A stretch of 64,000 nt of DNA from Alphaproteobacteria bacterium (GTDB taxonomy: Bacteria; Pseudomonadota; Alphaproteobacteria; UBA828). The notes below the pieces were generated by a model that was given only the letters and a program-made list of their open reading frames with translations, was not told where the DNA came from and did not search any database. Made by a program: the position numbers and the translations under genes. Positions 39,148-48,834 of the stretch are shown here, in pieces. Each line of letters begins with the position of its first letter. Positions within the stretch are counted from its first letter, which is position 1. Where the stretch lies: assembly GCA_965214705.1 (NCBI GenBank), contig OZ243972.1:3840001-3904000 (forward strand), read 5' to 3'.

Positions 39148-39482
39148 GCGCGGCGCAGCTCAAGACCGAGGTGCTGGTGCAGGCGGGCTTCCGCTATTGC
39201 CAGCAGGCGCTGTTGTTCGCTGCGCTCCGGCGCCGCGGCGATGCCGACGCGGGCGCGCTCCTGGTCAAGGTCAGCCGGCTCGACGGCACGGCGGCGGTCT
39301 TCGCCCGGACTCAATCGCTCGACGGCGATCTTGCCTGGCGCCGCGCCACCGGCGAGGGCTGGATTCCGGAGGAGGAGGCCGAGGCGCGGCTCGCGCGGGA
39401 GATCGACTTCGACCCGGACGTCTGGATCGTCGAGGTCGAGGACCCCGAGGGCCGCAACCCCTTCGCGACGCTGACCGGCTGA
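39144..39482 (+). CDS. DUF1491 family protein
   Basis: RRGDADAGALLVK, FDPDVWIVEVED; ATGA overlap. Confidence 0.85.
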   Translation: MSAAQLKTEVLVQAGFRYCQQALLFAALRRRGDADAGALLVKVSRLDGTAAVFARTQSLDGDLAWRRATGEGWIPEEEAEARLAREIDFDPDVWIVEVEDPEGRNPFATLTG

Positions 39483-39552
39483 GCGGTTTTCCCGCATCAT
39501 TCGCCGCGTTCGCGGTCCGGTTTCGCGTCCCACCGCGACGCACATTAATTTC

Positions 39553-39582
39553 ATGCGGGACACGCCGGGATTAAGCGGGATA
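39553..39582 (-). repeat. 10-bp phased tandem repeat (3 units)
   Basis: Minus strand tatcccgctt aatcccggcg tgtcccgcat; 16/17 match to 59934-59950. Confidence 0.55.
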
Positions 39583-39701
39583 GGTGTGATCCCCTGGGAC
39601 AAGCGGCGGCAATGACGTGGGATGCGGGTGGTTCGCTCGCACATGGCATGGCGCGATCCTGCCGCAGGCGCCGCGCCCGGTGCATCGCACCATGGTGCGG
39701 G

Positions 39702-41783
39702 TTATCCCGAGCGCAGGTAGCGCACCGCCATGTCGCGCTCGAACAGGTAGAGCAGCGTGCGCAGCGCCTGGCCGCGCTCCGCTTCCAGCTCCGGGTCGCG
39801 CTCCAGCACGAGGCGCACGTCGTCGCGCGCAACCGCCAGCAGCTCTTCGTGCACGGCAAGGTCGGCGAGGTGGAAGGCCGGCATGCCGCTCTGGCGCGTG
39901 CCCAGCAGCTCGCCGGCGCCCCTGAGACGCAGGTCCTCCTCAGCGATGCGAAAGCCGTCGTCGGTCTCGCGCAGGATGTTGAGCCGCGCCCGCGCGGTCT
40001 CGCCCAGCGGCGCGGCGTAGAGCAGCAGGCAGGTCCCCGGCTTCGCCCCGCGCCCGACCCGGCCGCGCAGCTGGTGCAGCTGGGCGAGGCCGAAGCGCTC
40101 CGCGTGCTCGACGATCATGATGGTGGCCGCCGCCACGTCCACGCCCACCTCGACCACCGTCGTCGCCACCAGGATGTCGGCGCCGTCGCCCGCGAAGGCG
40201 GCCATGGCGGCGTCCTTCTCGGGCCCCTTCATGCGGCCGTGGATCAACGCGACACGGGCGCCGAAGGCCTCGGCCAGTTTCACGTGGCGATCGGTTGCGG
40301 CGGCGAGGTCCACGGCTTCGGATTCCTCCACCAGCGGGCAGACCCAGTAGACCTTGGCACCCGTGCCGAGCGCGCGGCGCACGGCGGCGACCACCTCCTC
40401 CAGCCGCTCCAGCGGCATGGCGCGGGTGGCGACGGCGGCGCGACCCGGCAGCCGCCCTTCGATGCGCGAGACATCCATGTCGCCGTAAGCGGTGAGCACC
40501 AGCGAACGCGGGATCGGGGTCGCGGTCATCACCAGCAGGTCCGCCGCCGGCCCCTTGCGCGCGAGCAGCATGCGCTGGTGCACGCCAAAACGGTGCTGCT
40601 CGTCGACCACGGCGAGCGCCAGGTCCTTGAAATCCACGCCCTTCTGGAACAGCGCATGGGTGCCGACCAGGATATCGACCTCGCCGGCGGCGAGCGCCGC
40701 CAGTGTCCGCTCGCGGGCGCGCCCCTTCTCCCGCCCCGTGAGCCGGGCGAGCGTGACGCCGCTGCCTTCCAGCAGCGTGCCCAGCGTCTCCGCGTGCTGG
40801 TTCGCCAGCAGCTCGGTCGGCACCATCAGGGCGGCCTGTGCGCCGGCCTCCACCGCGACCAGCATGGCGAAGAGCGCCACCACGGTCTTGCCGCTGCCGA
40901 CATCGCCCTGCAGCAGGCGGAGCATCCGGCGTTCCCTGGCGAGGTCCTCGACGATCTTGCCGGCGGCGTTGCGCTGGCTCTCGGTCAGGGTGAAGGGGAG
41001 GGCTGCCTCCACCGCGTGGCGGAGCCGGCCGTCGCCCTCGATGGCACGGCCGCGTCCGCCTCTGGCGGAGCGCCGAACCAGCGCCAGCGCGAGCTGGTTC
41101 GCCAGCAGCTCGTCGTAGGCGAGGCGGGAGCGCACAGGAGTGTCGGGCTCCAGGTCGGCGGCGTTCTCGGGCGCGTGCGCGGCCGCGAGCGCCTGGTTCC
41201 ACGCCGGCCAGCGGCGCGCCTCGACCAAACGCGGCTCGATCCATTCCGGCACCGCCGGCGCCCGCGCCAGCGCGGCGCGCACCGCGCGGGTCATCGGCTT
41301 CAGCGTGACGCCTGCCGTCAGCGGATAGATGGGCTCGACCGTCTGCACGCTCTCGCGCTGATCCAGCGGCGCGATGTGGTCTGGGTGCGCCATCTGGATC
41401 TCGCTGCCGTAGTGCTCGACGCGCCCGCTCACCACCCGCACCGACCCTTCGGGCAGTCGCTGCCGCAGCCAGTCCCCCTTCGCGTGGAAGAAGACCAGCG
41501 TGAGGGTTCCCGTCTCGTCCGAGCAGTAGACCTTGGTGGGGCGCCTGCGGTCCGGCGCCGGCTGGTGGCGATCGACGCGCACGGTGAGCGTCGCCGTGGC
41601 TCCGGCCTCGGCCTCGGCCACCTTCGGCGCATGGCGCCGGTCGATCAGCCCCGACGGCAGGTGCCAGAGCAGGTGCACCACCAGCGGCCCGGCCAGCCGC
41701 TCGTAGGCCGAGGCCGTGCGGGCGCCGACTCCCGGCAGCACCGTCGCCGGCGCGAACAGCGGGTTGAGGATCGCCGGGCGCAT
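39702..41783 (-). CDS. recG: ATP-dependent DNA helicase RecG
   Basis: RLLQGDVGSGKT, DEQHRFGV, MTATPIPRSL, QLHQLRGRVGRG, DLRLRGAGELLGTRQSG. Confidence 0.97.
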   Translation of the reverse strand: MRPAILNPLFAPATVLPGVGARTASAYERLAGPLVVHLLWHLPSGLIDRRHAPKVAEAEAGATATLTVRVDRHQPAPDRRRPTKVYCSDETGTLTLVFFHAKGDWLRQRLPEGSVRVVSGRVEHYGSEIQMAHPDHIAPLDQRESVQTVEPIYPLTAGVTLKPMTRAVRAALARAPAVPEWIEPRLVEARRWPAWNQALAAAHAPENAADLEPDTPVRSRLAYDELLANQLALALVRRSARGGRGRAIEGDGRLRHAVEAALPFTLTESQRNAAGKIVEDLARERRMLRLLQGDVGSGKTVVALFAMLVAVEAGAQAALMVPTELLANQHAETLGTLLEGSGVTLARLTGREKGRARERTLAALAAGEVDILVGTHALFQKGVDFKDLALAVVDEQHRFGVHQRMLLARKGPAADLLVMTATPIPRSLVLTAYGDMDVSRIEGRLPGRAAVATRAMPLERLEEVVAAVRRALGTGAKVYWVCPLVEESEAVDLAAATDRHVKLAEAFGARVALIHGRMKGPEKDAAMAAFAGDGADILVATTVVEVGVDVAAATIMIVEHAERFGLAQLHQLRGRVGRGAKPGTCLLLYAAPLGETARARLNILRETDDGFRIAEEDLRLRGAGELLGTRQSGMPAFHLADLAVHEELLAVARDDVRLVLERDPELEAERGQALRTLLYLFERDMAVRYLRSG

Positions 41784-41867
41784 GATGTGAGAACCCTATC
41801 CGCGCGGTATGCGAGCGCCAACCGGGCGGCTAAGGTGGACCAATTGATTCGAGCGGCGGAGGCTCCC

Positions 41868-42302
41868 ATGACGGGCGAAGACACTCACCTGGCGACATGC
41901 GGCTGCGGCGGGCTGCGGGTGACGACGGCTGGCGATCCGGACCTCGTCGTCGCCTGCAGCTGCTTCGCCTGCCAGCGCCGCACCGGCAGCCCCTTCGGCG
42001 TCGGCGCCTACTTCCGCAAGGAGGCGGTCTCGGCCGAGGGCGCGGCGGGGACCTACACGCGGGTGGCTGATTCGGGCCTGACGGTCTCGATCAACTTCTG
42101 CCCTGCGTGCGGCACCAGCGTCTACTGGTTCGCCGAGCTTCGCCCCGATCACTATGGCGTTGCGGTGGGCTGCTTCGGCGAGCCCGGCTTCGGCGAGCCC
42201 TCCCGCGTGGTCTGGAACGAGAGCCGGCACCCCTGGGTCAAGTTCCCCGAGGGCCTGCCCGAGTTCGACAAGGGCTCCCCGCCGCCGGCGCAAACGAACT
42301 AG
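41868..42302 (+). CDS. GFA/CENP-V family zinc protein
   Basis: CGCG, CSCFACQRRTGS, FCPACGTSVYW; ATG 41868 after GGAGG. Confidence 0.9.
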   Translation: MTGEDTHLATCGCGGLRVTTAGDPDLVVACSCFACQRRTGSPFGVGAYFRKEAVSAEGAAGTYTRVADSGLTVSINFCPACGTSVYWFAELRPDHYGVAVGCFGEPGFGEPSRVVWNESRHPWVKFPEGLPEFDKGSPPPAQTN

Positions 42303-42332
42303 GACCGAGCCACCCCGCCAGAGCCCCGAGCC

Positions 42333-43322
42333 GTGACGGCGGCGACAATCAGCGTAGCCGAGAGCGCCCGCCTCGTCGGGCGGGAGCTGCTCGCCATCAG
42401 GCCCGGCGAGAACGTCGCGATCGTCGTCGACGATCACAGTGCGATGGAGATGGTCCGCGCGCTCGCCGATGTAGCCGCCGCCGCTGGTGCGGAGTGGGCC
42501 ATCCTCCATCAGCCCTCGCGCCCGCCGGAGCGAAAGAACGAGCTCAGCCCGATGGTCGAGGCGGCGTTCGAGAAGACCGACGTGCTGATCAGCCTGACCG
42601 GTTCCGGCGGAGCGCCGGCTTATGCCGCCCGCGTCAAGGAGCTGCTGACGGAGAAGCGCATTCGCACCATGTCCATGGTCATGCGCGAGCTCTCCAACTT
42701 CACCAGCGGCGGCGCGCTCGCCGATTACCGGGCGCTCCACGCCGAAGGCCAGGCGCTGGCGGCCATCTGGGCCGCCGGGCGCACCATGCGCATCACGACG
42801 GAAGCCGGCACCGATATCGCGGCGCCCATCGGCTCCGACACCGTGGTCGTGGAGTGCGGCTACGCGACCGAGCCGGGAAAGAACGCCGCCTTCTCCGATG
42901 GCGAGGTTTCCTCCCGCCCGCTGGAGGGCAAGGCCGAGGGCGTGATCGTGATTGACGGGCCAGGGACCGGCATCGCCCGGCCGGCGACCTCGATCTGGGT
43001 CGAGGTTCAGGCTGGCAGGGCCGTGAGCGTGAGCGGCGAGGGACCCGAGGCCGCGCATCTCCGCCATATCGTGGAGACCGTCCCCGATGCCGACAACGTC
43101 GCCGAGTTCGGCATCGGCCTCAACGGTGCGTGCCTCCGCAACGGTAGCTTCCAGGAGGAGAAGAAGGCGCGCGGCAACGTCCACATCGCGTTCGGCGACA
43201 ACATCTATTATGGCGGCACGGTGCGCTGCCCGGTGCACCTCGACATGGTCATCTACCGCCCCACCGTTCGTCTCGATAACCGCGTGCTGGTGGAGGATGG
43301 TGTCGTCCGCCTCGATCCCTGA
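42333..43322 (+). CDS. M29 aminopeptidase-like / NicX-like metalloprotein
   Basis: DGEV, VAEFGIGLN, EEKK..GNVHIAFGDN, VHLD. Confidence 0.7.
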   Translation: MTAATISVAESARLVGRELLAIRPGENVAIVVDDHSAMEMVRALADVAAAAGAEWAILHQPSRPPERKNELSPMVEAAFEKTDVLISLTGSGGAPAYAARVKELLTEKRIRTMSMVMRELSNFTSGGALADYRALHAEGQALAAIWAAGRTMRITTEAGTDIAAPIGSDTVVVECGYATEPGKNAAFSDGEVSSRPLEGKAEGVIVIDGPGTGIARPATSIWVEVQAGRAVSVSGEGPEAAHLRHIVETVPDADNVAEFGIGLNGACLRNGSFQEEKKARGNVHIAFGDNIYYGGTVRCPVHLDMVIYRPTVRLDNRVLVEDGVVRLDP

Positions 43323-43336
43323 GCCAGGGCCCGAAA

Positions 43337-44023
43337 CTAGAACGGTACGCCGACCGCCTTGCACAGGAAGCTGGTGAATTCGCCGCCGGCGCGTGCTATT
43401 GCGGCGAAGCGGTCCAGGAAGTCGGACCGGACCGCCTCGCTCTCCTCGACATCGGCGATCACCACGAAGTCCTTGCGCTTGAGGTCCTCGATCAAGGGAT
43501 GCTCCGGGTCGTAGCCGCGCGGCGGGCGCTTGAGCGCCTCGCCCGCCAGCCGGAAGGTCCGGCAGAAGGCGCCGCCCGTGGTGATCCGCGTCCATTCCTC
43601 CGGCTTCTCGACGATGGCATCGCGAATCCGGCCGAGCGTGGGGCTGTCCGGGTGCCAGACGCCGCAGCCGGCGAAGCACATGCCGGGCTCCAGGTGCAGG
43701 TAGAAGCCCGGCGCGTGCGCGTCCTTGCCCGCTTCGTGGCGGAAGTGCGCGCCCACGTTCGTCTTGTAGGGCGTCTTGTCCTTCGAGAACCGCGTGTCCC
43801 GATAGATGCGGAAGAGCGAGCCGCCGTTGGCCCGGGGGTCGGCGCGAAAGTGCGGGCTGATCTCCGCCAGCGGTTCCGCGAAGGCCTGGATGAAGTCGAG
43901 CATGGGGTCACGCACCTCGGCGCGGTAGCGCGCCTTGTTCTCCTCGAACCACGGCCGCTCGTTGTTGGCCCCGAGCTCGCGCAGGAAGTCGAAGAGGGCG
44001 GGCGTGATCGGTTGCGCGGTCAT
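43337..44023 (-). CDS. DUF2461 (TIGR02453) family protein
   Basis: NNERPWFEENK, FRIYRDTRFSKDKTPYK, LKRPPRGY; start placed at ATG 44023. Confidence 0.9.
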   Translation of the reverse strand: MTAQPITPALFDFLRELGANNERPWFEENKARYRAEVRDPMLDFIQAFAEPLAEISPHFRADPRANGGSLFRIYRDTRFSKDKTPYKTNVGAHFRHEAGKDAHAPGFYLHLEPGMCFAGCGVWHPDSPTLGRIRDAIVEKPEEWTRITTGGAFCRTFRLAGEALKRPPRGYDPEHPLIEDLKRKDFVVIADVEESEAVRSDFLDRFAAIARAGGEFTSFLCKAVGVPF

Positions 44024-44148
44024 GGCGTCCTTTCCGGGCTGAAGCACAAGGTGCGCCCACCATGGCACAGCGGGCGCAGCGTCCAAAGTGACGGGCCGCC
44101 ATGCTAAAGTAGGCGTCAAGCGACCCCCCACAACGACAGAGACTTCCG

Positions 44149-45573
44149 ATGGCCCTCGCCGAAGCGACCGCCCCGCAGCCCGAACCCCCGCCGAGCGAGC
44201 CGATCGCGCGCACGCTCGCGCGCTTCGCCAGAGCGCTCACCCTGGAGGACGTGCCGGAGGCCGTGGTCGAGCGTGCCAAGCTGCACATCCTCGATGCGGT
44301 GGGCATCGGCCTCGCGGCCTCCCGCTACGACTTCAGCCACAAGACGTTAACCGCCATCCACGGCCTTGCCGGCGACGGGCCCTATCCGGTCATCGGGATG
44401 CCGGCGAGTCTGCCGCTGCGCGATGCCGCGCAGATGAACGGCTTCCTCATCCACGGCCTCGACTACGACGACACCCACGTCGGCGGCGTGATTCACGCCA
44501 CGACCAGCGCGGTGCCGACGGTGCTGGCCGCCGGCCAGAGGCACGGCGCCTCGGGGCGCGCGATGCTGGAGGCTTATCTCGTGGCCATCGAGGGCGCAGC
44601 TCGCATCGCCGCCGCCGCGCAGGGCGGCTTTCACCGCCTGGGATTCCATCCCACCGGCATGGTCGGCGTGTTCGGCGCGGCGCTCGCCGCCGGCCGGCTC
44701 GCGGGCATGACCGAGGCGCAGCTTGCCCACGCCCAGGGCATCGCGCTCAGCATGGCCGCCGGCAGCCTGCAGTTCCTGGACGACGGCGCCTGGACCAAGC
44801 GGATGCACCCCGGCTGGGCGGCCCTCGCCGGCATCAGCGCGGCAGCCCTCGCCCAGCAGGGTTTTCAGGGGCCGGCCGAGCCCTACGAAGGGCGCTTCGG
44901 CCTCTACGCGCTCTACGGCGCTCCCGACGCGGAGATCGACTGGGCGATGTGCACCGCCGGCCTCGGCGAGGACTGGGAGATGCTGCGCATCGGCATCAAG
45001 CCCTATCCAGCCTGCCACCTGGTGCATGCGCTGGGCGATGCGGCACAGGCGCTGCGCGACGAGCACGGGCTCACGCCCGCCGATGTCGAGAGCGTGGACG
45101 CGCTCATCGGCGAGGGCTGCGTCAGCGTCGTGTGCGAGCCGGAGGCCGCCAAGCGCCGCCCAGCAAGCGCCTACGAGGCTCAGTTCAGCGCCCACTACAT
45201 GATCGCGAGCATGCTCTCGCGCGGCCGCTTCACCCTCGCCGAGCTCGAGCCCGAGGCCTACACGGACCCGGCGGCGCTCGCGCTCTGCGACAGGATCGGC
45301 TATCGGGTCGATCCCGATTCCGCGTTCCCGACCTACTACTCGGGCGAGGTGGTGATTCGCACCACCGACGGCCGCACGCTACGACACCGCGAGCAGGTCA
45401 ACCGTGGCGCCGACACCCGTCCGCTCGGCGCGGACGAAATCGTCGCCAAGTTCCGAGACAACGCGGCGATGACGCTCGCAACCGACCGGGCGGAACGGGC
45501 GCTGGATGCGGTGATGGCGCTCGACGGCGACTCCTCGCCGGCGGAGGTTGCGGCGCTGCTCAGCCTCGCCTGA
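44149..45573 (+). CDS. MmgE/PrpD family protein
   Basis: HGLDYDDTH, GFHPT, KRMHPG, KPYPACH, AQFS. Confidence 0.9.
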   Translation: MALAEATAPQPEPPPSEPIARTLARFARALTLEDVPEAVVERAKLHILDAVGIGLAASRYDFSHKTLTAIHGLAGDGPYPVIGMPASLPLRDAAQMNGFLIHGLDYDDTHVGGVIHATTSAVPTVLAAGQRHGASGRAMLEAYLVAIEGAARIAAAAQGGFHRLGFHPTGMVGVFGAALAAGRLAGMTEAQLAHAQGIALSMAAGSLQFLDDGAWTKRMHPGWAALAGISAAALAQQGFQGPAEPYEGRFGLYALYGAPDAEIDWAMCTAGLGEDWEMLRIGIKPYPACHLVHALGDAAQALRDEHGLTPADVESVDALIGEGCVSVVCEPEAAKRRPASAYEAQFSAHYMIASMLSRGRFTLAELEPEAYTDPAALALCDRIGYRVDPDSAFPTYYSGEVVIRTTDGRTLRHREQVNRGADTRPLGADEIVAKFRDNAAMTLATDRAERALDAVMALDGDSSPAEVAALLSLA

Positions 45574-45599
45574 CCGGGAACCATTTCGGCCTTTCCGGC

Positions 45600-45911
45600 A
45601 TGACCGCGCGCATCGCCATCCCTGCCGACGGCATCGCCGCCTTCTGCGAGCGCTGGCAGGTCACGGAGCTCGCGCTCTTCGGCTCCGTGCTGCGCGACGA
45701 TTTCGGCCCGGACAGCGACATCGACGTGCTGGTCTCGTTCGACGACGCGGCCCGGCACACGCTCTTCGACATGGTCGATATGGAGGAGGAGCTCAAGGGG
45801 CTCTTCGGTCGCGACGTGGACCTCGTCAGCAGGCGGGGAATCGAGCGAAGCCGCAATCACTTGCGCCGAAAGGCCATCTTGGAGTCGGCTGAGACGATCC
45901 ATGGATCGTGA
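45600..45911 (+). CDS. Minimal nucleotidyltransferase (MNT) antitoxin
   Basis: FGSVLRDDFGPDSDIDV = GS-X10-DXD; RDVDLV; ATG 45600. Confidence 0.9.
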   Translation: MTARIAIPADGIAAFCERWQVTELALFGSVLRDDFGPDSDIDVLVSFDDAARHTLFDMVDMEEELKGLFGRDVDLVSRRGIERSRNHLRRKAILESAETIHGS

Positions 45912-46242
45912 CGCCATACACCTCGCCGATATGCTCTCGTCGGCGCGGATGATAACGATCTACATCGCGGACGCTTCACGCCAGGCGTTTCTGGAGAACA
46001 GCCAGCTTCAGGACTCCGTCATCCGCCGTCTCGAAATCATCGGCGAAGCGGCGGGACGAGTCTCACAGCGGTTTCGCGACGAAAACCCCGACGTCCCCTG
46101 GCCCAAGATGAGGGGAATGCGGAATTGGGTGATCCATCGCTACGACGACATCGACATGGAGGTCGTGTGGGAGACGGTGGAGCAGGATATTCCCCGCCTC
46201 ATCGCCCAGCTCGAAGGTCTGGTCTCGGAAGAGCCTTCGTAG
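45901..46242 (+). CDS. HEPN (DUF86) RNase toxin
   Basis: LEIIGEA, RNWVIHRY = R-X4-H-X-Y; overlaps the MNT gene. Confidence 0.9.
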   Translation: MDRDAIHLADMLSSARMITIYIADASRQAFLENSQLQDSVIRRLEIIGEAAGRVSQRFRDENPDVPWPKMRGMRNWVIHRYDDIDMEVVWETVEQDIPRLIAQLEGLVSEEPS

Positions 46243-46251
46243 CAGCCGGCG

Positions 46252-47493
46252 CTATGAGCCAGCGGCGCGGTGGATCGTGCCGTCGGCCTCGAGCGCCTCG
46301 ATCTCGTCGGGCGCGTAGCCCAGGTCGGCGAGGACGGCGGCGGTGTCCGCGCCGAGCGCGGGCGCCGCGCTGCGCGGCATGACCGCACCGTCCACGGTGA
46401 TGGGCTGGCGAACCATCCGCATGGTGCCGCGTTCGGGATGCGCCACCTCCTGCACCATGCGCCGGCGCTCGGCGAAGTCGCTTGCGAGCGCGTCGGCCAC
46501 GTCGTTGACCGGCGCGCAGGGGAGGACCCCGGCGAGACGCTCCAGCCACGCTTCCGTGGTGCGCGTCAGGAACACCGCCTCCAGCCGCCGCACCACCTCG
46601 TCCCGGTTCTCGTAGCGCGCTGCGAAGTCCCGCATCAGGGGATCGTCGATCCACTCCGGCCGCTCCATGGCCCGGCAGAGCGCGGGCCAGAAGTTCGCCT
46701 TGTTGGCCATCACGAAGATCCAGCCGTCGGCGGTGCGGTAGAGCTCGCTCGGCACCAGCGAGGGATGGCCCGAACGCGCCACGCGCTTGGGCTCGAAGCC
46801 TTCGTTGAGGTGCCAGGTCGCCGGATAGCTCAAGTTGTTCATCGCCACGTCGTAGAGCGGGGTGTCGATATCCATGCCCCGGCCCGTCGCGCGCGCCCGC
46901 ATGACGCCCGAGACCAGTGCGAGCGCCGCCGTCAGCCCGCCCATGAAATCGACCACCGAGAGCCCGAAGCGGGTCGGCACGCTGTCCGGCTCCCCGGTCA
47001 TGGAGAGGTAGCCGGCCTCCGCCTGCATCACGTAGTCAAGACCGGGCCAGGCGGCGCGCTCGTTGTCGCGGCCGTAGGCCGAGAGGTGCACGCAGACGAG
47101 GCGCGGGTTGACCGCCTTCAGGCTTGCGCGGTCGAGCCCGAGCGTGCCCGGCAGGTCGCCCCGCAGGTTGTTGATCAGGGCGTCGGCGCGCCTCGCCAGC
47201 CGCTCAAGAATCTCCCGGCCGCGCGGCTTCTTCAGGTCCAGCGCAATGCAGCGCTTGTTGCAGCTGAAGGTCTGGAAGAAGAGGCTGTCGCCGTCCTCGG
47301 CGTAGGGCAGGACATGGCGGCCCATCTCGCCGCCGGCCTTGTGGTTCTCGATCTTGATGACGTCCGCGCCGAGGTCGGCGAGGTACATGGTGCCGAAGGG
47401 TGCCGCGCCGTATTGCTCGATGGAGACGACGGTGAGCCCTTCGAGCGGCCGGATCGGGGCCGCCGGCAGTCCCGCAGAAGCGTCGTCGCTCAC
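46252..47493 (-). CDS. CaiB/BaiF family CoA-transferase
   Basis: PLEGLTV, LADLGADVIKIE, NKRCIALDLK, QAEAGYLSMTG. Confidence 0.92.
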   Translation of the reverse strand: MSDDASAGLPAAPIRPLEGLTVVSIEQYGAAPFGTMYLADLGADVIKIENHKAGGEMGRHVLPYAEDGDSLFFQTFSCNKRCIALDLKKPRGREILERLARRADALINNLRGDLPGTLGLDRASLKAVNPRLVCVHLSAYGRDNERAAWPGLDYVMQAEAGYLSMTGEPDSVPTRFGLSVVDFMGGLTAALALVSGVMRARATGRGMDIDTPLYDVAMNNLSYPATWHLNEGFEPKRVARSGHPSLVPSELYRTADGWIFVMANKANFWPALCRAMERPEWIDDPLMRDFAARYENRDEVVRRLEAVFLTRTTEAWLERLAGVLPCAPVNDVADALASDFAERRRMVQEVAHPERGTMRMVRQPITVDGAVMPRSAAPALGADTAAVLADLGYAPDEIEALEADGTIHRAAGS

Positions 47494-48659
47494 GCCGGAT
47501 TTCGCTCGATCAGCTGACGCGCGATGATCAGCCGCTGGATCTCGTTGGTGCCCTCGCCGATGCAGAGCAGCGGCGCATCGCGGTACATCCGCTCGATGGG
47601 GAACTCCTTGGAGTAGCCGTAGCCGCCGTGGATGCGCATGGCTTCGATGCTGTTCTCCAGCGCGGCCTCGGTGGCGAAGAGCTTGGCGATGCCGGCCTCC
47701 ATGTCGCAGCGCTGGCCGGTCTCGTAGGCGAGCGCCGCGCGTTCGGTGAGCAGCCGCGCGGCCTCCGTGCGGGTGACCATGTCGGCGAGCTTGATCTGGA
47801 TCGCCTGGTGCTGGGCGATCGGCTTGCCGAAGGTCTTGCGCTCTTGGCTGTAGCGCACCGCCTCGTCGAGGCAGGACTGGGCGACGCCCACGCCGCGCGC
47901 GGCCACGTTGATGCGGCCCAGCTCCAGGCCGCTCAGCGCATGCTGCAGGCCCTTGCCCTCGACCCCGCCGATGAGCTTGTCGGCATCGACTCGGTAGTCT
48001 TCGAAGGCGAGCTCCGCGGTGTCGATCCCGCGATATCCCAGCTTCTGAAGCTTGCGGCTGACCCGGAAGCCCTCGCCCTTCTCGGCGAGAAACAGGCTCA
48101 TGCCCTTGTGCCGGGGCTCGGCGCCCGGGTCGGTCTTGACCAGCAGCGCGAGGCAGGAGCCGTGGATGCTGTTGGTGATCCAGGTCTTGGCGCCGTTGAT
48201 CACGTAGGCGTTGTTGCCCTCGCGCTTGGCCGTGGTACGGATCGCCTGCAGGTCCGTGCCGCAGTCCGGTTCTGTGAGCGCGAGCCCGCCGCGCAGCTCG
48301 CCGCTGGCGAAGCGGGGCAGGTAGGAGTCTCGCTGCTCGTCGGTCCCGAAGCGCTCGACCGCCGCGGCCATGATGAGGTGGGAGTTGATCAGGCCGCTCA
48401 CCGACATCCAGGCGTGGGAGAGCCGCTCGATGATTTTGGCGTAAGTCGTGATCGGCAGGCCCAGCCCGCCAAATTCTTCGGAGATGGTGGCGCCGAAGAG
48501 CCCCATCTCCTTCATCTTCTCGACGATGTCTTCCGGGTAAATGTCGTCATGCTCGAGCGCGGCGACGTGGGGGCGGACGTCGCGGTCCAGGAAGCGCTCG
48601 ATTCCGTCGAGAATCAGCGCTTCCTGTTCCGTGTCCACGGTCTCGGCATGGTTCGCCAT
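47490..48659 (-). CDS. Acyl-CoA dehydrogenase
   Basis: ALTEPDCGTD, NGAKTWITN, GRINVAAR, IHGGYGY, IGEGTNEIQR; start placed at ATG 48659. Confidence 0.93.
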   Translation of the reverse strand: MANHAETVDTEQEALILDGIERFLDRDVRPHVAALEHDDIYPEDIVEKMKEMGLFGATISEEFGGLGLPITTYAKIIERLSHAWMSVSGLINSHLIMAAAVERFGTDEQRDSYLPRFASGELRGGLALTEPDCGTDLQAIRTTAKREGNNAYVINGAKTWITNSIHGSCLALLVKTDPGAEPRHKGMSLFLAEKGEGFRVSRKLQKLGYRGIDTAELAFEDYRVDADKLIGGVEGKGLQHALSGLELGRINVAARGVGVAQSCLDEAVRYSQERKTFGKPIAQHQAIQIKLADMVTRTEAARLLTERAALAYETGQRCDMEAGIAKLFATEAALENSIEAMRIHGGYGYSKEFPIERMYRDAPLLCIGEGTNEIQRLIIARQLIERNPA

Positions 48660-48834
48660 CGCGACTAACTCCCGTCTTTCGGTGCGCGCGCGGCGAGCAT
48701 ATCCCGCCGGCCTGATCGAGAAAATACTTGAGGCCGCGTCGCGTGAGCGGTATGTCAATCTGTCTTGGTAGGGAAGACGTGCGCCCACAGGGAGCGGCGA
48801 GACTCCCGCACGGGCCGAAGGGACGCGAGGAGCC

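Noticed and set aside
39612-45911. ORF-track 896-aa (39612-42302) and 607-aa (44088-45911) proteins as fusions
   Set aside because: Only their 3' ends are real genes (GFA from 41868, MNT from 45600). The upstream parts overlap recG in antisense or the prpD-like gene in another frame.
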